This document shows, in pieces, positions 8,987 through 17,554 of a stretch of DNA of 64,000 nt. The stretch's first letter is position 1, and the number at the start of each line of letters is the position of its first letter. The notes beneath the pieces are model-generated. The model did no database searches, was not told where the DNA came from, and worked only from the letters and a program-made list of their open reading frames with translations. Source of the stretch: an uncultured Rhizobiaceae bacterium (GTDB taxonomy: Bacteria > Pseudomonadota > Alphaproteobacteria > UBA828); assembly GCA_964429775.1 (NCBI GenBank), contig CAYSDJ010000002.1, positions 60,859 to 124,858 on the forward strand, written 5' to 3'. A program made the position numbers and the translations under genes.

Positions 8987-10375
8987 TCACAAATCAACTC
9001 GCATATGATTATTTTTATTATTTCCACCTGGGGAAATAAAATCTTCCATGACTGAAAGCATTTTTGTCGCAACGGCTGTAGGAGTAAAAAATTTTTCATA
9101 AGTTTGGAGCCCCCCTCGGCGCACCCTATTATTCAGGTCCTTTTCAAGACACGCGAGTTTGATAAGAGATGCTATTTCCGGTGCCGATGCACCTACGAGC
9201 GCATTCTCGCCATGAACGATTTCCGGCAGTGTTTCTAAACTTCCTTCATGAACAATCGAGCAAAGCCCGAGAGCCCAAGCTATGATCTGCCGGCTGAAAA
9301 TCGATTTCAATGGCCCTGCATTATTCAAAAACAGAAATACATCCGAATCGAGCAGTTCAGAATCTAAGTCTTTTACATATCCTCGAACGATAATATTATC
9401 TTGCTCTAAATATCCCTGAAGAGCTTTAGTAACCTCACCACCACCAATAATGTGAACCTCAAAAGCTAATTCGCTCATTTCCTGCCGCAGAGCCGGCATG
9501 ACGTATTTAAGAAGGTATTCAAGGCCAAATGTTGAAGCCGTCATACCTAAATAACCAGCATGACCGATTATTTTGAAAGGTCGCTCTTCACTTCCATCGC
9601 CCGCTCTTTCCGTATGTCGGTTGGCTATTTCATCTGTTAGTTTTGACCAAATAGTGCCGACATACACAACTTTTGGGTGACCAATATCTTCATAATACTG
9701 GTTATTACCCGCTGACGTGTTAAAAATTATATCTGAGTGAAGTGAGACAAATTTATGAGAGTTCTCAAAATTATTAATGTGTTTCTCTCTAATCATTCTC
9801 TTTATATACCGCACAGCCCAGGGCCTCTTCGGTATCTTCGAGTCCTGAAACAAATGGTTGTATTCTAGGCGTAATTTATCTGTTATAAAATCGATATTAC
9901 CTTGGAAAATAGCCTTCGGATACTTAGTTACATTTGTCGCGGCACCAGCCGCTAGGGGACTCAAAAAAGATAATAAAATATCCGCATCAAATTCATCTGC
10001 GCACCTTGTTATTTCCGTACTCAAGTTTATGGAGGGGTAGTATTTCATCGTCGGGGCTACATTGAAAAACTCCCATATCGTTTTACTCAGACGATTTACC
10101 GGTCCGATTGCATGATGTGTTGGTGCTATTTCGTCGAAAAAGACAGGCCGCAAGACGGTAAATTCATTCTGGTTATTGGCCTCGACCAATAAATGAGAAG
10201 TTGATGTCTTCTCTGAATAATTATTGCCGTTCTCTTGAACCGGCAACAGTGCGACCTTATGACCCATTATAGACATTTCATGAGCCATCAAAAATAATTG
10301 AATATGGACTGCCGTAACTTCCTTAGATACGACGGACTCAAAGGGAAGATTCTCAGTAATAATTAGTATATTCAT
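8987..10375 (-). CDS. Glycosyltransferase, GT-B/GT4-like (tandem paralog B)
   Basis: 462 aa, colinear with paralog A along its whole length (MNILIITENLPFE.. vs MRIIIVVQDMPYD..; ..IVHEGSLETLPEIVHGENALVGASAPEIASLI..). Confidence 0.7.
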   Translation of the reverse strand: MNILIITENLPFESVVSKEVTAVHIQLFLMAHEMSIMGHKVALLPVQENGNNYSEKTSTSHLLVEANNQNEFTVLRPVFFDEIAPTHHAIGPVNRLSKTIWEFFNVAPTMKYYPSINLSTEITRCADEFDADILLSFLSPLAAGAATNVTKYPKAIFQGNIDFITDKLRLEYNHLFQDSKIPKRPWAVRYIKRMIREKHINNFENSHKFVSLHSDIIFNTSAGNNQYYEDIGHPKVVYVGTIWSKLTDEIANRHTERAGDGSEERPFKIIGHAGYLGMTASTFGLEYLLKYVMPALRQEMSELAFEVHIIGGGEVTKALQGYLEQDNIIVRGYVKDLDSELLDSDVFLFLNNAGPLKSIFSRQIIAWALGLCSIVHEGSLETLPEIVHGENALVGASAPEIASLIKLACLEKDLNNRVRRGGLQTYEKFFTPTAVATKMLSVMEDFISPGGNNKNNHMRVDL

Positions 10376-10827
10376 TATATTTAGGAGAAAAAATAAAACA
10401 TGTTTTAAATTTCATTCTCAGTGGCAATTTAATTAACTACTTTTCGATCCAATTTGTACTGCCAACCGAAAGTAGGCTTGTTAACCAATCTGACCAATGG
10501 GGAATCCTATCGCCTGTATTTTCACTCCACCCCCCCACAATCACGGCGTTACCAATTCTATATTTAAATCAACCGACTCCTAATCATTGAGCAATATTAA
10601 AACAAAATAGCTGTCGCTAATTATTTCAATATTAACTTCACCAGTAAGTGGGTCAAGGCCCATGATAAATGTATCACCAGTTTCAATTTCCGTGATCGAT
10701 CGCCTGTCAATACCCGCCGCGCTGGACATGATTATGCTGCCGTTCTGCAATTTATGGCTAACGCCATATTGTCAATATTGGCGTTCAAGTGGATGTACTT
10801 TATGACAATACCGGATGATCAGGTGGA

Positions 10828-11820
10828 TTACGAGTGCTTTGCATAGTAGACGATTTGGCTACCTGAATTTTCAAAGCGAAATGGCACATGAAGAAATTTC
10901 TCCAATTCTTGCCGCACCTTAGGTTGATCTCCAGGCTTCGCCACAAACGCCATGAACCCCCCACCTCCGGCGCCCAGTAATTTCCCGCCAATCGCACCCG
11001 CGCGCCGCCCCGTCTCATAAATTTCATCTATGAAGGTGTTGGCGATACGTGACGTAATTTCTCTCTTGATCATCCATTGCTCATGTAGGAGCCGACCGAA
11101 ATCCGTGACTATGTCGCCTTCGCTGCCAAACAATTGGAAAGCGTCTTCGGCCAGCGCTTGAATTTGCGCATGCTCCTTCTGTTTATTACCCATCTGATTT
11201 ATTTGCTCCGCCGCGATATCCGGTGCGCAGCGGGCGAAGCCGGTAAAAACCAGCATGAGATGGTCTTCCAAGGCCTGACGGCGCTCGGGCGACATTAAGA
11301 TCGGCGTGACGGTGATATCATGATCATCGCGAAAATCGATTCGATTGAACCCGCCAAACGCGGCCGCCATTTGATCCTGCGAGCCAACCGCCTCACCGAT
11401 TAAATCCTGCTCCACATGGATGGCACGCAAGGCAAGCTCCTTCTTGCTCAGCATTTGGTTTTCCAGTCCGGCCAGTGCATTCAGGAGACCCACCGTAAAG
11501 GTTGAACTTGAACCCAGGCCCGAGCGCGCCGGAAGGTCCGCATGGTGGACAATCTCCAAACCGTTCTCATAGTCAAAAAGCTTGAGGCATTCCCGGGCGG
11601 ACGGATGGCGGATATCCTCGACTGTCGTTGTCTCCTCGGTTTCGTAATAACGAATGCGATAACGATAATCGAAAAAGGGCGGCAGGTGACGGGCGGTAAT
11701 AAAGGAGTATTTGTTGATCGTCGCGCTGATCACCGATCCGCCATGTTCCCGGTACCATTGAGGATAGTCCGTGCCGCCACCGAAAAACGATATCCGGAAT
11801 GGGGTGCGGCTGATGATCAT
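10828..11820 (-). CDS. hddA: GHMP-family sugar kinase, D-glycero-alpha-D-manno-heptose 7-phosphate kinase (HddA)-like
   Basis: N-terminus MIISRTPFRISFFGGGTDYPQWY is characteristic of the HddA/COG2605 group. GHMP ATP motif PARSGLGSSSTFTVGLLNAL. 330 aa. Confidence 0.7.
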   Translation of the reverse strand: MIISRTPFRISFFGGGTDYPQWYREHGGSVISATINKYSFITARHLPPFFDYRYRIRYYETEETTTVEDIRHPSARECLKLFDYENGLEIVHHADLPARSGLGSSSTFTVGLLNALAGLENQMLSKKELALRAIHVEQDLIGEAVGSQDQMAAAFGGFNRIDFRDDHDITVTPILMSPERRQALEDHLMLVFTGFARCAPDIAAEQINQMGNKQKEHAQIQALAEDAFQLFGSEGDIVTDFGRLLHEQWMIKREITSRIANTFIDEIYETGRRAGAIGGKLLGAGGGGFMAFVAKPGDQPKVRQELEKFLHVPFRFENSGSQIVYYAKHS

Positions 11821-12938
11821 TGAATCGAATCCATAATACCATGCCAGATTCGGTATTCCTCGAAGAACCCGCTTATCTCGCGCCGCGCATCATCGGGAAT
11901 CTCATCGTTCTCCGCGGCACCGGCCAAAACGCTATCGATTAACGACGAAAGGACCTCTAGATAGTCGTCACCGGTAAGTTTCGCAGACCGCAATTGGCTG
12001 AGAAAATACGCGTTGGCCTTGTTGTTGGGCAACTCGTCCTCAAGGTCGACCCAAAGATTGTGCGGATTTCGAACCTGCTCGACCAGCGGCTCTCCAAACG
12101 CCACCATTTCATCAAAGTGAGCGACGAGCTTACAGAGGACGAAGGCCGCCCAGATATCCGAATTTCGGCCGACCACGGGCGGCGTAAAATACGCCGGCGC
12201 CGCCGCCCGCGACAAAGCCGTATTCTGATTGTTCCAGGACGACCAAGTGCCGGGCGCGAGGGCAAACCCGGGGGCAAAATCGGGCTGCATGGCGCGCACC
12301 CGGATCGGCCAAAACAATCGGCTAATGGCATCGATGTCCGGATCGCCGAGGACAAAGCCATTGAGCGCTGCGATCGTTCCGCGCCCGGCCTTAACGGCCC
12401 AACTCTTGTCCTCGCCAAAGCGTTCGCTCCACGGATAGCCGCGCGGAAAAATCGGCAGCGATTTCTCCTCGATCACACCCTGATAGATGTTGAACCAACC
12501 GCTATCCGACGATACCACCTTGGTGTCGCTCTCCCGCCCGACAACATCGTAATGACCGAAAAAATCCGACCCCGTCATGAAATTATCGTCGTCGAGCATG
12601 ATCAGGCGCTCCGCGCCATCGCGATAGGCAAGAATGTTGGCAAGCATCTTACGGCCGCCCCAATTATACGGCAGAATCCGCTCAGCCCCCGGCAGGCCCT
12701 TGACGATCTCAATCTGGGCCGGCACGTCAAAATAGAGGAATTCGAGGCCGAACTTTTTTTCCATGGATGCACAAAAATCACCGGCGCCAGCCGGTGTCTT
12801 GTGATCGCCAATGACATAAAACCTGATGTTCTCATGCCCATGCTCGCGGGCGTTTGCGCAGACGCCTTCAAAAAATGTCGGGACGTGGATCGTGGTCGTC
12901 AGAACGGCATCAAAACCGGCGTCAAAACTCATGGCCAA
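11817..12938 (-). CDS. Reversibly-glycosylated-polypeptide (RGP / GT75, UDP-arabinopyranose-mutase family)-like protein
   Basis: Colinear with plant RGP landmarks as I remember them. TTIHVPTFF..FYVIGDHKTP matches IVIPTIR..IIVQDGDPS. LIMLDDDNF matches FTIDDDCF. PRGYPWSER..NGFVLGDPDIDAISRL matches VRGYPFSLR..HGLWLNIPDYDAPTQL. GRNSDIWAAFVLCKL matches GRYDDMWAGWCVKVI. ATGA overlap with hddA. Confidence 0.55.
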   Translation of the reverse strand: MAMSFDAGFDAVLTTTIHVPTFFEGVCANAREHGHENIRFYVIGDHKTPAGAGDFCASMEKKFGLEFLYFDVPAQIEIVKGLPGAERILPYNWGGRKMLANILAYRDGAERLIMLDDDNFMTGSDFFGHYDVVGRESDTKVVSSDSGWFNIYQGVIEEKSLPIFPRGYPWSERFGEDKSWAVKAGRGTIAALNGFVLGDPDIDAISRLFWPIRVRAMQPDFAPGFALAPGTWSSWNNQNTALSRAAAPAYFTPPVVGRNSDIWAAFVLCKLVAHFDEMVAFGEPLVEQVRNPHNLWVDLEDELPNNKANAYFLSQLRSAKLTGDDYLEVLSSLIDSVLAGAAENDEIPDDARREISGFFEEYRIWHGIMDSIQ

Positions 12939-12997
12939 CCGAATTTCCTTTTGCGGCTAAATGTTCAACGCTGCGACCGTGACGGCACAGCACAGGA

Positions 12998-13966
12998 CTA
13001 AGTCCCGATATGGGCATGCCACCAACGAAGTGTTTTTTCAATTCCCTCTTGCAGCGATACACACGGTTGCCACGCCAATTCGTCCTTTGCCTTGCTACAG
13101 TTCAACGATAAAGAGGTCTTGATGGTTGGTTTCGAAAGGTCATGTTCCAGGACAAGGTCCGGATTTTCGGCGGCAACGATCATTTCCACCAGATGACGAA
13201 TTGTCACAGCTTCTCCGGCGCCGCAATTGTAAAGTCCGTATTGGGCGGATTGGCGTGTGACGGCACACTGCACGAAATCGACCAGGTCGCCGACATAAAG
13301 AAGATCGCGCGACTCCTCGCCGGTGCCCCAAACGGTGACTTTGCCATCCGCCGCCGTGCACACTTTGGTCATCGTCGCGCCAAACACGTGCGAGCGCTCT
13401 AGGTCAAACTTGTCGTGCGGCCCGTAAATATTGGAATGGCGGATGATGGTGAATTTCGTCTCGCTCTGGCGGGAAAAAAATTCGCACATTTTCTCGATAT
13501 AGACTTTGGTCCAGCCAACACCGAAATAGTTGGGATGAAGCGGCACCGACTCGTCGAAATCGGTTTCGCTGAGCGGCGTGTCGGAACTCTGATACATAAC
13601 CGTACAGCTGAAGAAGACGAAATGGCCGATGCCCAGATCGTGTACGGCGCGCAGCAACAGCGAATTCATCACCGCATTGTCGGTCACGTGAATATGCGGC
13701 CGTGACACAATATCCTTCGACCCGGACGTGGTTGCCGCAGCCTGAATGATGATATCGACATCGGCGAGACATTCCTGAACATTCTGTGCATTGGTCAAAT
13801 CCGCCTGGCGCCATTCAACCCCGGCGATTTCAAAAGGCGGTTTGCGGTGCCAAACGGCAATCACCCGATAGTCCGGATTTCCGGCATAGGCCTCGACGAC
13901 ATTGCGCCCGATAAACCCGGTCGCGCCGCATATAAGAAGTGTCCGGCGTTCGCTCAATGCCCGCAA
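12998..13966 (-). CDS. GDP-L-fucose synthase-like SDR (GDP-4-keto-6-deoxy sugar 3,5-epimerase/4-reductase family)
   Basis: LLICGATGFIGRNV NAD motif and the Fcl-type segment IIRHSNIYGPHDKFDLERSHVFGATMTKV. 322 aa. Confidence 0.7.
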   Translation of the reverse strand: MRALSERRTLLICGATGFIGRNVVEAYAGNPDYRVIAVWHRKPPFEIAGVEWRQADLTNAQNVQECLADVDIIIQAAATTSGSKDIVSRPHIHVTDNAVMNSLLLRAVHDLGIGHFVFFSCTVMYQSSDTPLSETDFDESVPLHPNYFGVGWTKVYIEKMCEFFSRQSETKFTIIRHSNIYGPHDKFDLERSHVFGATMTKVCTAADGKVTVWGTGEESRDLLYVGDLVDFVQCAVTRQSAQYGLYNCGAGEAVTIRHLVEMIVAAENPDLVLEHDLSKPTIKTSLSLNCSKAKDELAWQPCVSLQEGIEKTLRWWHAHIGT

Positions 13967-13978
13967 TCCTCCGTCAGG

Positions 13979-14716
13979 TTATCGCCCGCCCGTAACCGGA
14001 ACCACCGCTCCGGTCACATAGGAAGCTTTATCGGAAAGAAGCCACGCTACGGTGTCGGCAACTTCCTGTGGCAGGCCAACCCGGCCGAGGGGAATGGATT
14101 TCTCCAGGCGGTTCCGATCCGCATGATCACCGGACGCCATGTCGGTATCTATTACGCCGGGGCTCACGGCGTTGACGCGAATGCTCTCGCCGGCGAGCTC
14201 TCGCGCCAATGCCAGCGTCATGATGGCAAGGCCCGCCTTGGCCGCCGCGTAGGGCAAAAGACGGTTGCCGCCGGTATAGGCTGCCTGAGAGACCACATTC
14301 ACCACGGCACCACCGCTGCCGCCACGGCTTTTCGCCATGCGCCGGGCAGCCTCCTGCGTGCAGAATGCCGGGCCGAGCAGATTCACACCAAGCGCGGCGT
14401 CGAAATCGTCTGGAGTCAGATCAATGAAATCCTTGCGTCCGCCGCTGAACCCCGCATTGTTGACCAGAGCGTAAAGCGGGACGGACATTTCATCCACGCT
14501 ATCGAACAAGCGGCCGATCTGATCTGGCGCGGCAACATCCGCCTGAACGGCTCGCGCAATACCGCCGGCGCCCAAAATTTCCTCTACAACGCTGGCAGCG
14601 GCCGCTTCATCGCGCAGATAGTTGACGCACACCGCATAACCCTCGGCGGCCAGGGATTTCGCGATCACCGCGCCAATGCCGCGGCTGGCGCCCGTAACAA
14701 TTACCGCACGAGGCAA
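13979..14716 (-). CDS. Classical short-chain dehydrogenase/reductase (SDR)
   Basis: VIVTGASRGIG cofactor motif, NNAG, catalytic YAAAKAG. 245 aa. Confidence 0.85.
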   Translation of the reverse strand: MPRAVIVTGASRGIGAVIAKSLAAEGYAVCVNYLRDEAAAASVVEEILGAGGIARAVQADVAAPDQIGRLFDSVDEMSVPLYALVNNAGFSGGRKDFIDLTPDDFDAALGVNLLGPAFCTQEAARRMAKSRGGSGGAVVNVVSQAAYTGGNRLLPYAAAKAGLAIMTLALARELAGESIRVNAVSPGVIDTDMASGDHADRNRLEKSIPLGRVGLPQEVADTVAWLLSDKASYVTGAVVPVTGGR

Positions 14717-14729
14717 GGGCCGAACCTCC

Positions 14730-15743
14730 TCAATGACCTTGCGGCGTCATTTCGGGGTCGGTGAACGCGTTATAGCGTTTGTACGCCGCCTCGCCATTCT
14801 GGCGATACCAGGCAACCGTTTGGGCGATTCCCTCGGCCAGTGAGATTTGTGGTTCAAAGCCATATTTTTGCGCCCGCTCCATGCTCATCAGGCGCTCTTT
14901 ATCGCCTGTCGGCTTCGAGGTGTCCCACGCGATCTCCGGCGCATCGTCGAGACAATCGAGAATGACCTCGACCAATTGGCGGATCGAAACGGGCTGGCCA
15001 CTTGCCAAATTAACCGGCTCCGATACGCCGTGTTCCACCATCAACATCATGCCCCGGGCAACATCCTCGGCAAAAATGAAATCGCGCACGGGAGAGCCGT
15101 CACCCCAGATCGACAAGGGATTCTCGCCGGACAAGGCACGCCGGATCAGCGACGGTATGACCATGGCGTTGTTGGCATCAAAATTATCGTAAGGCCCATA
15201 AACGTTTCCCGGGCGAACAACCGAAATTTCGTTCCATTCATATTCGATCTGGTAGGCCTCGGCCTGCAATTCGCCCATGCGTTTTGCCCAGCCGGCAAAT
15301 TTGTCGTTTTCAGATGGGAATGTTTTCCACACATCGTCTTCGCGGAACAGCGCGGCCGGCGAGTAGACACCGACACTACTGGTAAATAGATAGCGCTTCA
15401 CGCCGGCGCGCCGCGCCGCCTCCATCATATTGATGCTGAACATAAGGGTCGGGACAAAAAAGGTCGCCGGCCGGCTCGCCGTCATCGCCGGGGAGCCTTT
15501 GACGCCGGCAAGATGGAAGACATAGTCCATATCGGCGCAGACCGGCATGCAATTGGCCAAATTCCTGAGATCGACACGTACGAATTCGACGCCGTCAGGC
15601 GCCCGCGAAGGCGGATCAAGCGACGCTACCCGCACCTTGGCGCCGGCCGCGAGCAGCAGACGTACCAGCGGTTGACCAATAAGTCCGCTACCGCCGGTTA
15701 CCAAGACAGCCTTGTCGTGAAAGAAACTTGTCTTCGTCATCAA
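14730..15743 (-). CDS. NAD-dependent nucleotide-sugar epimerase/reductase (extended SDR)
   Basis: VLVTGGSGLIGQPL motif, 337 aa, SDR-e architecture. Confidence 0.75.
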   Translation of the reverse strand: MMTKTSFFHDKAVLVTGGSGLIGQPLVRLLLAAGAKVRVASLDPPSRAPDGVEFVRVDLRNLANCMPVCADMDYVFHLAGVKGSPAMTASRPATFFVPTLMFSINMMEAARRAGVKRYLFTSSVGVYSPAALFREDDVWKTFPSENDKFAGWAKRMGELQAEAYQIEYEWNEISVVRPGNVYGPYDNFDANNAMVIPSLIRRALSGENPLSIWGDGSPVRDFIFAEDVARGMMLMVEHGVSEPVNLASGQPVSIRQLVEVILDCLDDAPEIAWDTSKPTGDKERLMSMERAQKYGFEPQISLAEGIAQTVAWYRQNGEAAYKRYNAFTDPEMTPQGH

Positions 15744-15774
15744 ATATCAATCCCATGTGTTTTTGCCCAGGGCG

Positions 15775-16737
15775 TCATGCGAGGCGCGCCCTGTGGTAAT
15801 TCAGTAAATCTTCCATGGTCTGCTCGAGCGCCACCTCGGACTGCCAGCCCGTCGCCTGACGGAACTTGCTGGTGTCGGGAATTTGCAAGGTGACATCGGA
15901 CGGGCGCAGAAGCGCATCGGATATTTCATGCCGGACCTCGCAACGCGCCAGCGACTTCAGAACCTCGAGCATTTCACCGACGGTCATGGTGCGGTCCCCG
16001 CCTATATTGTAGGCCTCTCCGGGCGTGCATTTTTCGAGCAATTGCCAATAGGCGCGAACCGCGTCGCGCACATCGGCAAATGTCCGGACGCTATCCAGAT
16101 TGCCGACCCGGACGATGTTGTCGCCGGTCAAGCCGGCTTCGATTCTGGCGATCTGGCGGGCAAACGCGCTTTCCGCGAAGACATCGCCCCGGCGCGGTCC
16201 GGTGTGGGTAAACATGCGCGTCCGCAGAGTGCGAATGCCGTAGGAGAGAAAATATTGCAGCGCGATCATATCCTCGCCGACCTTGGATACCGCATAGGGG
16301 CTGGCCGGGCGAAACGGGTTGTTCTCGTTGATCGGAATCTCGTCCTCGCGCACCTGCCCATACACTTCCGATGACGAGCATATGTGGATCAGCGGGTCGA
16401 GCTCGGTATGGCGCACGGCCTCAAGCAAATTGGTGGTGCCGATTGTATTTACGTGAATAGTCTCGGCCGGCAAGGCGAAGCTGTCGACAACATAGGACTG
16501 CGCCGCAAGGTGAAAGATGCGCTCCGGCCCGACCTCGCGCAGAAGACCAATCAATGACCCGAGATCGTGCAAATCCGCCGCGTGGAGGTGAATGCGATCG
16601 AGAATATGGCGGATATTGTCGCGCGGGCTGCGCCAGCGAATCGTGCCATGAACCTCAACATCCGGGTGTTCAGCCAGAACATATTCGGCCAGATGACTTC
16701 CGACCATTCCGGTTATTCCGGTAATCAATATTTTCAT
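15775..16737 (-). CDS. GDP-sugar 4,6-dehydratase / GDP-4-keto-6-deoxy reductase family SDR (Gmd/Rmd/DmhA-like)
   Basis: MKILITGITGMVGSHLAEYVL..VHGTIRWRS.. N-terminus is typical of the short GDP-mannose 4,6-dehydratase/Rmd group. YAVSK catalytic motif. 320 aa. Confidence 0.7.
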   Translation of the reverse strand: MKILITGITGMVGSHLAEYVLAEHPDVEVHGTIRWRSPRDNIRHILDRIHLHAADLHDLGSLIGLLREVGPERIFHLAAQSYVVDSFALPAETIHVNTIGTTNLLEAVRHTELDPLIHICSSSEVYGQVREDEIPINENNPFRPASPYAVSKVGEDMIALQYFLSYGIRTLRTRMFTHTGPRRGDVFAESAFARQIARIEAGLTGDNIVRVGNLDSVRTFADVRDAVRAYWQLLEKCTPGEAYNIGGDRTMTVGEMLEVLKSLARCEVRHEISDALLRPSDVTLQIPDTSKFRQATGWQSEVALEQTMEDLLNYHRARLA

Positions 16738-16788
16738 GGCTACAGCATATACACTTTGTGGAAGACGAAAGCCAAGCTATGTAAGATC

Positions 16789-17529
16789 ATGGCTTCATTG
16801 GATTCAGACGAAATGAGCGCAATACCCTCCATATCCGAACTGCCCGCCATTATCCTGGCCGGGGGATTGGGCACCAGACTTCGGCCGGCAACCGGGGATA
16901 TGCCAAAAGCCATCGTTCCGGTGGCCGGCGAACCCTTCCTCAACCACCTTCTGAGCCGCCTGGACCATGCCGGTATTCGCCGCGCCATTTGCTGCACCGG
17001 CTATGGCGCCGAGCAAATCCGCCAAACGATGGGAGAGAAATTCGCTAATATCGACCTCGCCTATTCCAAAGAGGACCAGCCGCTCGGCACCGCAGGCGCT
17101 CTATCCCAGAGCGCCGAACATTGGCACGCCGAGTTTGCCCTGGTTATGAACGGCGACACTTTGTTTGATTTAGATTTACCAGCCTTTTTAGAGTGGACCG
17201 CAAGCAAAAGAGATATCCGCGCCTGTTTGGCGCTGGCGCCGACGCCCGGCATCAATCGCTATGGCAGCGTCTCGACAAACGATGAAGGCGGCATCACCCG
17301 ATTTGAAGAAAAAGGTGGCCAGTCGAGCGGCTGGATCAATGCCGGCATCTATTTGCTTCGACGCACCATGTTGGATGAATTTCCGGCCGCCCGGCCGCTG
17401 TCCCTGGAAGTCGATATTTTTCCGGCGTTGATTGGCAACGGGCTGTACGGATTTCGCCAGCAAGGCCGGTTCCTGGATATTGGCGTTCCGGAGGATTACC
17501 GCGCGGCCGAGGAATTTGTCCGCGCCTAA
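16789..17529 (+). CDS. Sugar-1-phosphate nucleotidyltransferase (HddC / mannose-1-P guanylyltransferase-like)
   Basis: AIILAGGLGTRLRPATGDMPKAIVPVAG signature. The track ORF (from 16567) overlaps the divergent dehydratase gene and its first 74 codons look non-coding. The first internal ATG at 16789 gives a 246-aa protein of the expected size. Confidence 0.75.
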   Translation: MASLDSDEMSAIPSISELPAIILAGGLGTRLRPATGDMPKAIVPVAGEPFLNHLLSRLDHAGIRRAICCTGYGAEQIRQTMGEKFANIDLAYSKEDQPLGTAGALSQSAEHWHAEFALVMNGDTLFDLDLPAFLEWTASKRDIRACLALAPTPGINRYGSVSTNDEGGITRFEEKGGQSSGWINAGIYLLRRTMLDEFPAARPLSLEVDIFPALIGNGLYGFRQQGRFLDIGVPEDYRAAEEFVRA

Positions 17530-17554
17530 GAGCCGCCCCACGTCCCGGCGAAAC

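Larger units (their letters stand above)
3850..10827. other. AT-rich compositional island (serotype-specific-looking polymerase/glycosyltransferase module)
   Basis: By eye about 30-38% GC, against about 58-62% in the flanking genes. The switch is sharp at the DUF218 stop (3849) and at the hddA-like stop (10828). Confidence 0.7.

Noticed and set aside
10530-10536. C7 homopolymer about 155 bp upstream of GT paralog B. An A8 tract lies at 31927-31934 inside the KpsC/S-like gene.
   Set aside because: They could be phase-variation slip sites as in Campylobacter or Neisseria. The tracts are short, and the A8 tract simply encodes FFW in frame. There is no evidence of variability from a single sequence.
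10580-10729. 49-codon minus-strand ORF (MSSAAGIDRRSITEIETGDTFIMGLDPLTGEVNIEIISDSYFVLILLND) in the spacer between hddA and the GT island
   Set aside because: It is too short and has no recognisable motif or obvious ribosome-binding context. It may be a relic of a lost gene at the island junction. I cannot support it as a feature.
11994-14764. Long plus-strand ORFs 11994-13001 (335 aa) and 13847-14764 (305 aa). Similar antisense ORFs occur elsewhere (33457-34110, 36647-37141, 37166-37732, 40608-41267, 43039-43674, 45494-46171).
   Set aside because: Each lies antisense to a minus-strand gene with strong family motifs. The translations are Arg/Gly/Ala-rich and low in complexity, and they would break the tightly overlapping operon structure.
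15688-15695. ops/JUMPStart-like core GGCGGTAG on the minus strand. A second copy lies on the plus strand at 43188-43195.
   Set aside because: Both lie inside coding sequence. The first simply encodes the GGSG NAD motif. The second is on the non-transcribed strand. There is no upstream-leader context, so an RfaH-type antitermination site is not supported.
16567-16788. N-terminal extensions of longest ORFs. Examples: 16567-16788, 60926-61048, 44050-44235, 46625-46717, 41382-41636, 42454-42606, 24268-24321.
   Set aside because: The extensions overlap neighbouring genes, look non-protein-like, and precede an internal ATG that restores the canonical N-terminal motif of the family. I trimmed the starts accordingly. 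The exact starts remain unverified.
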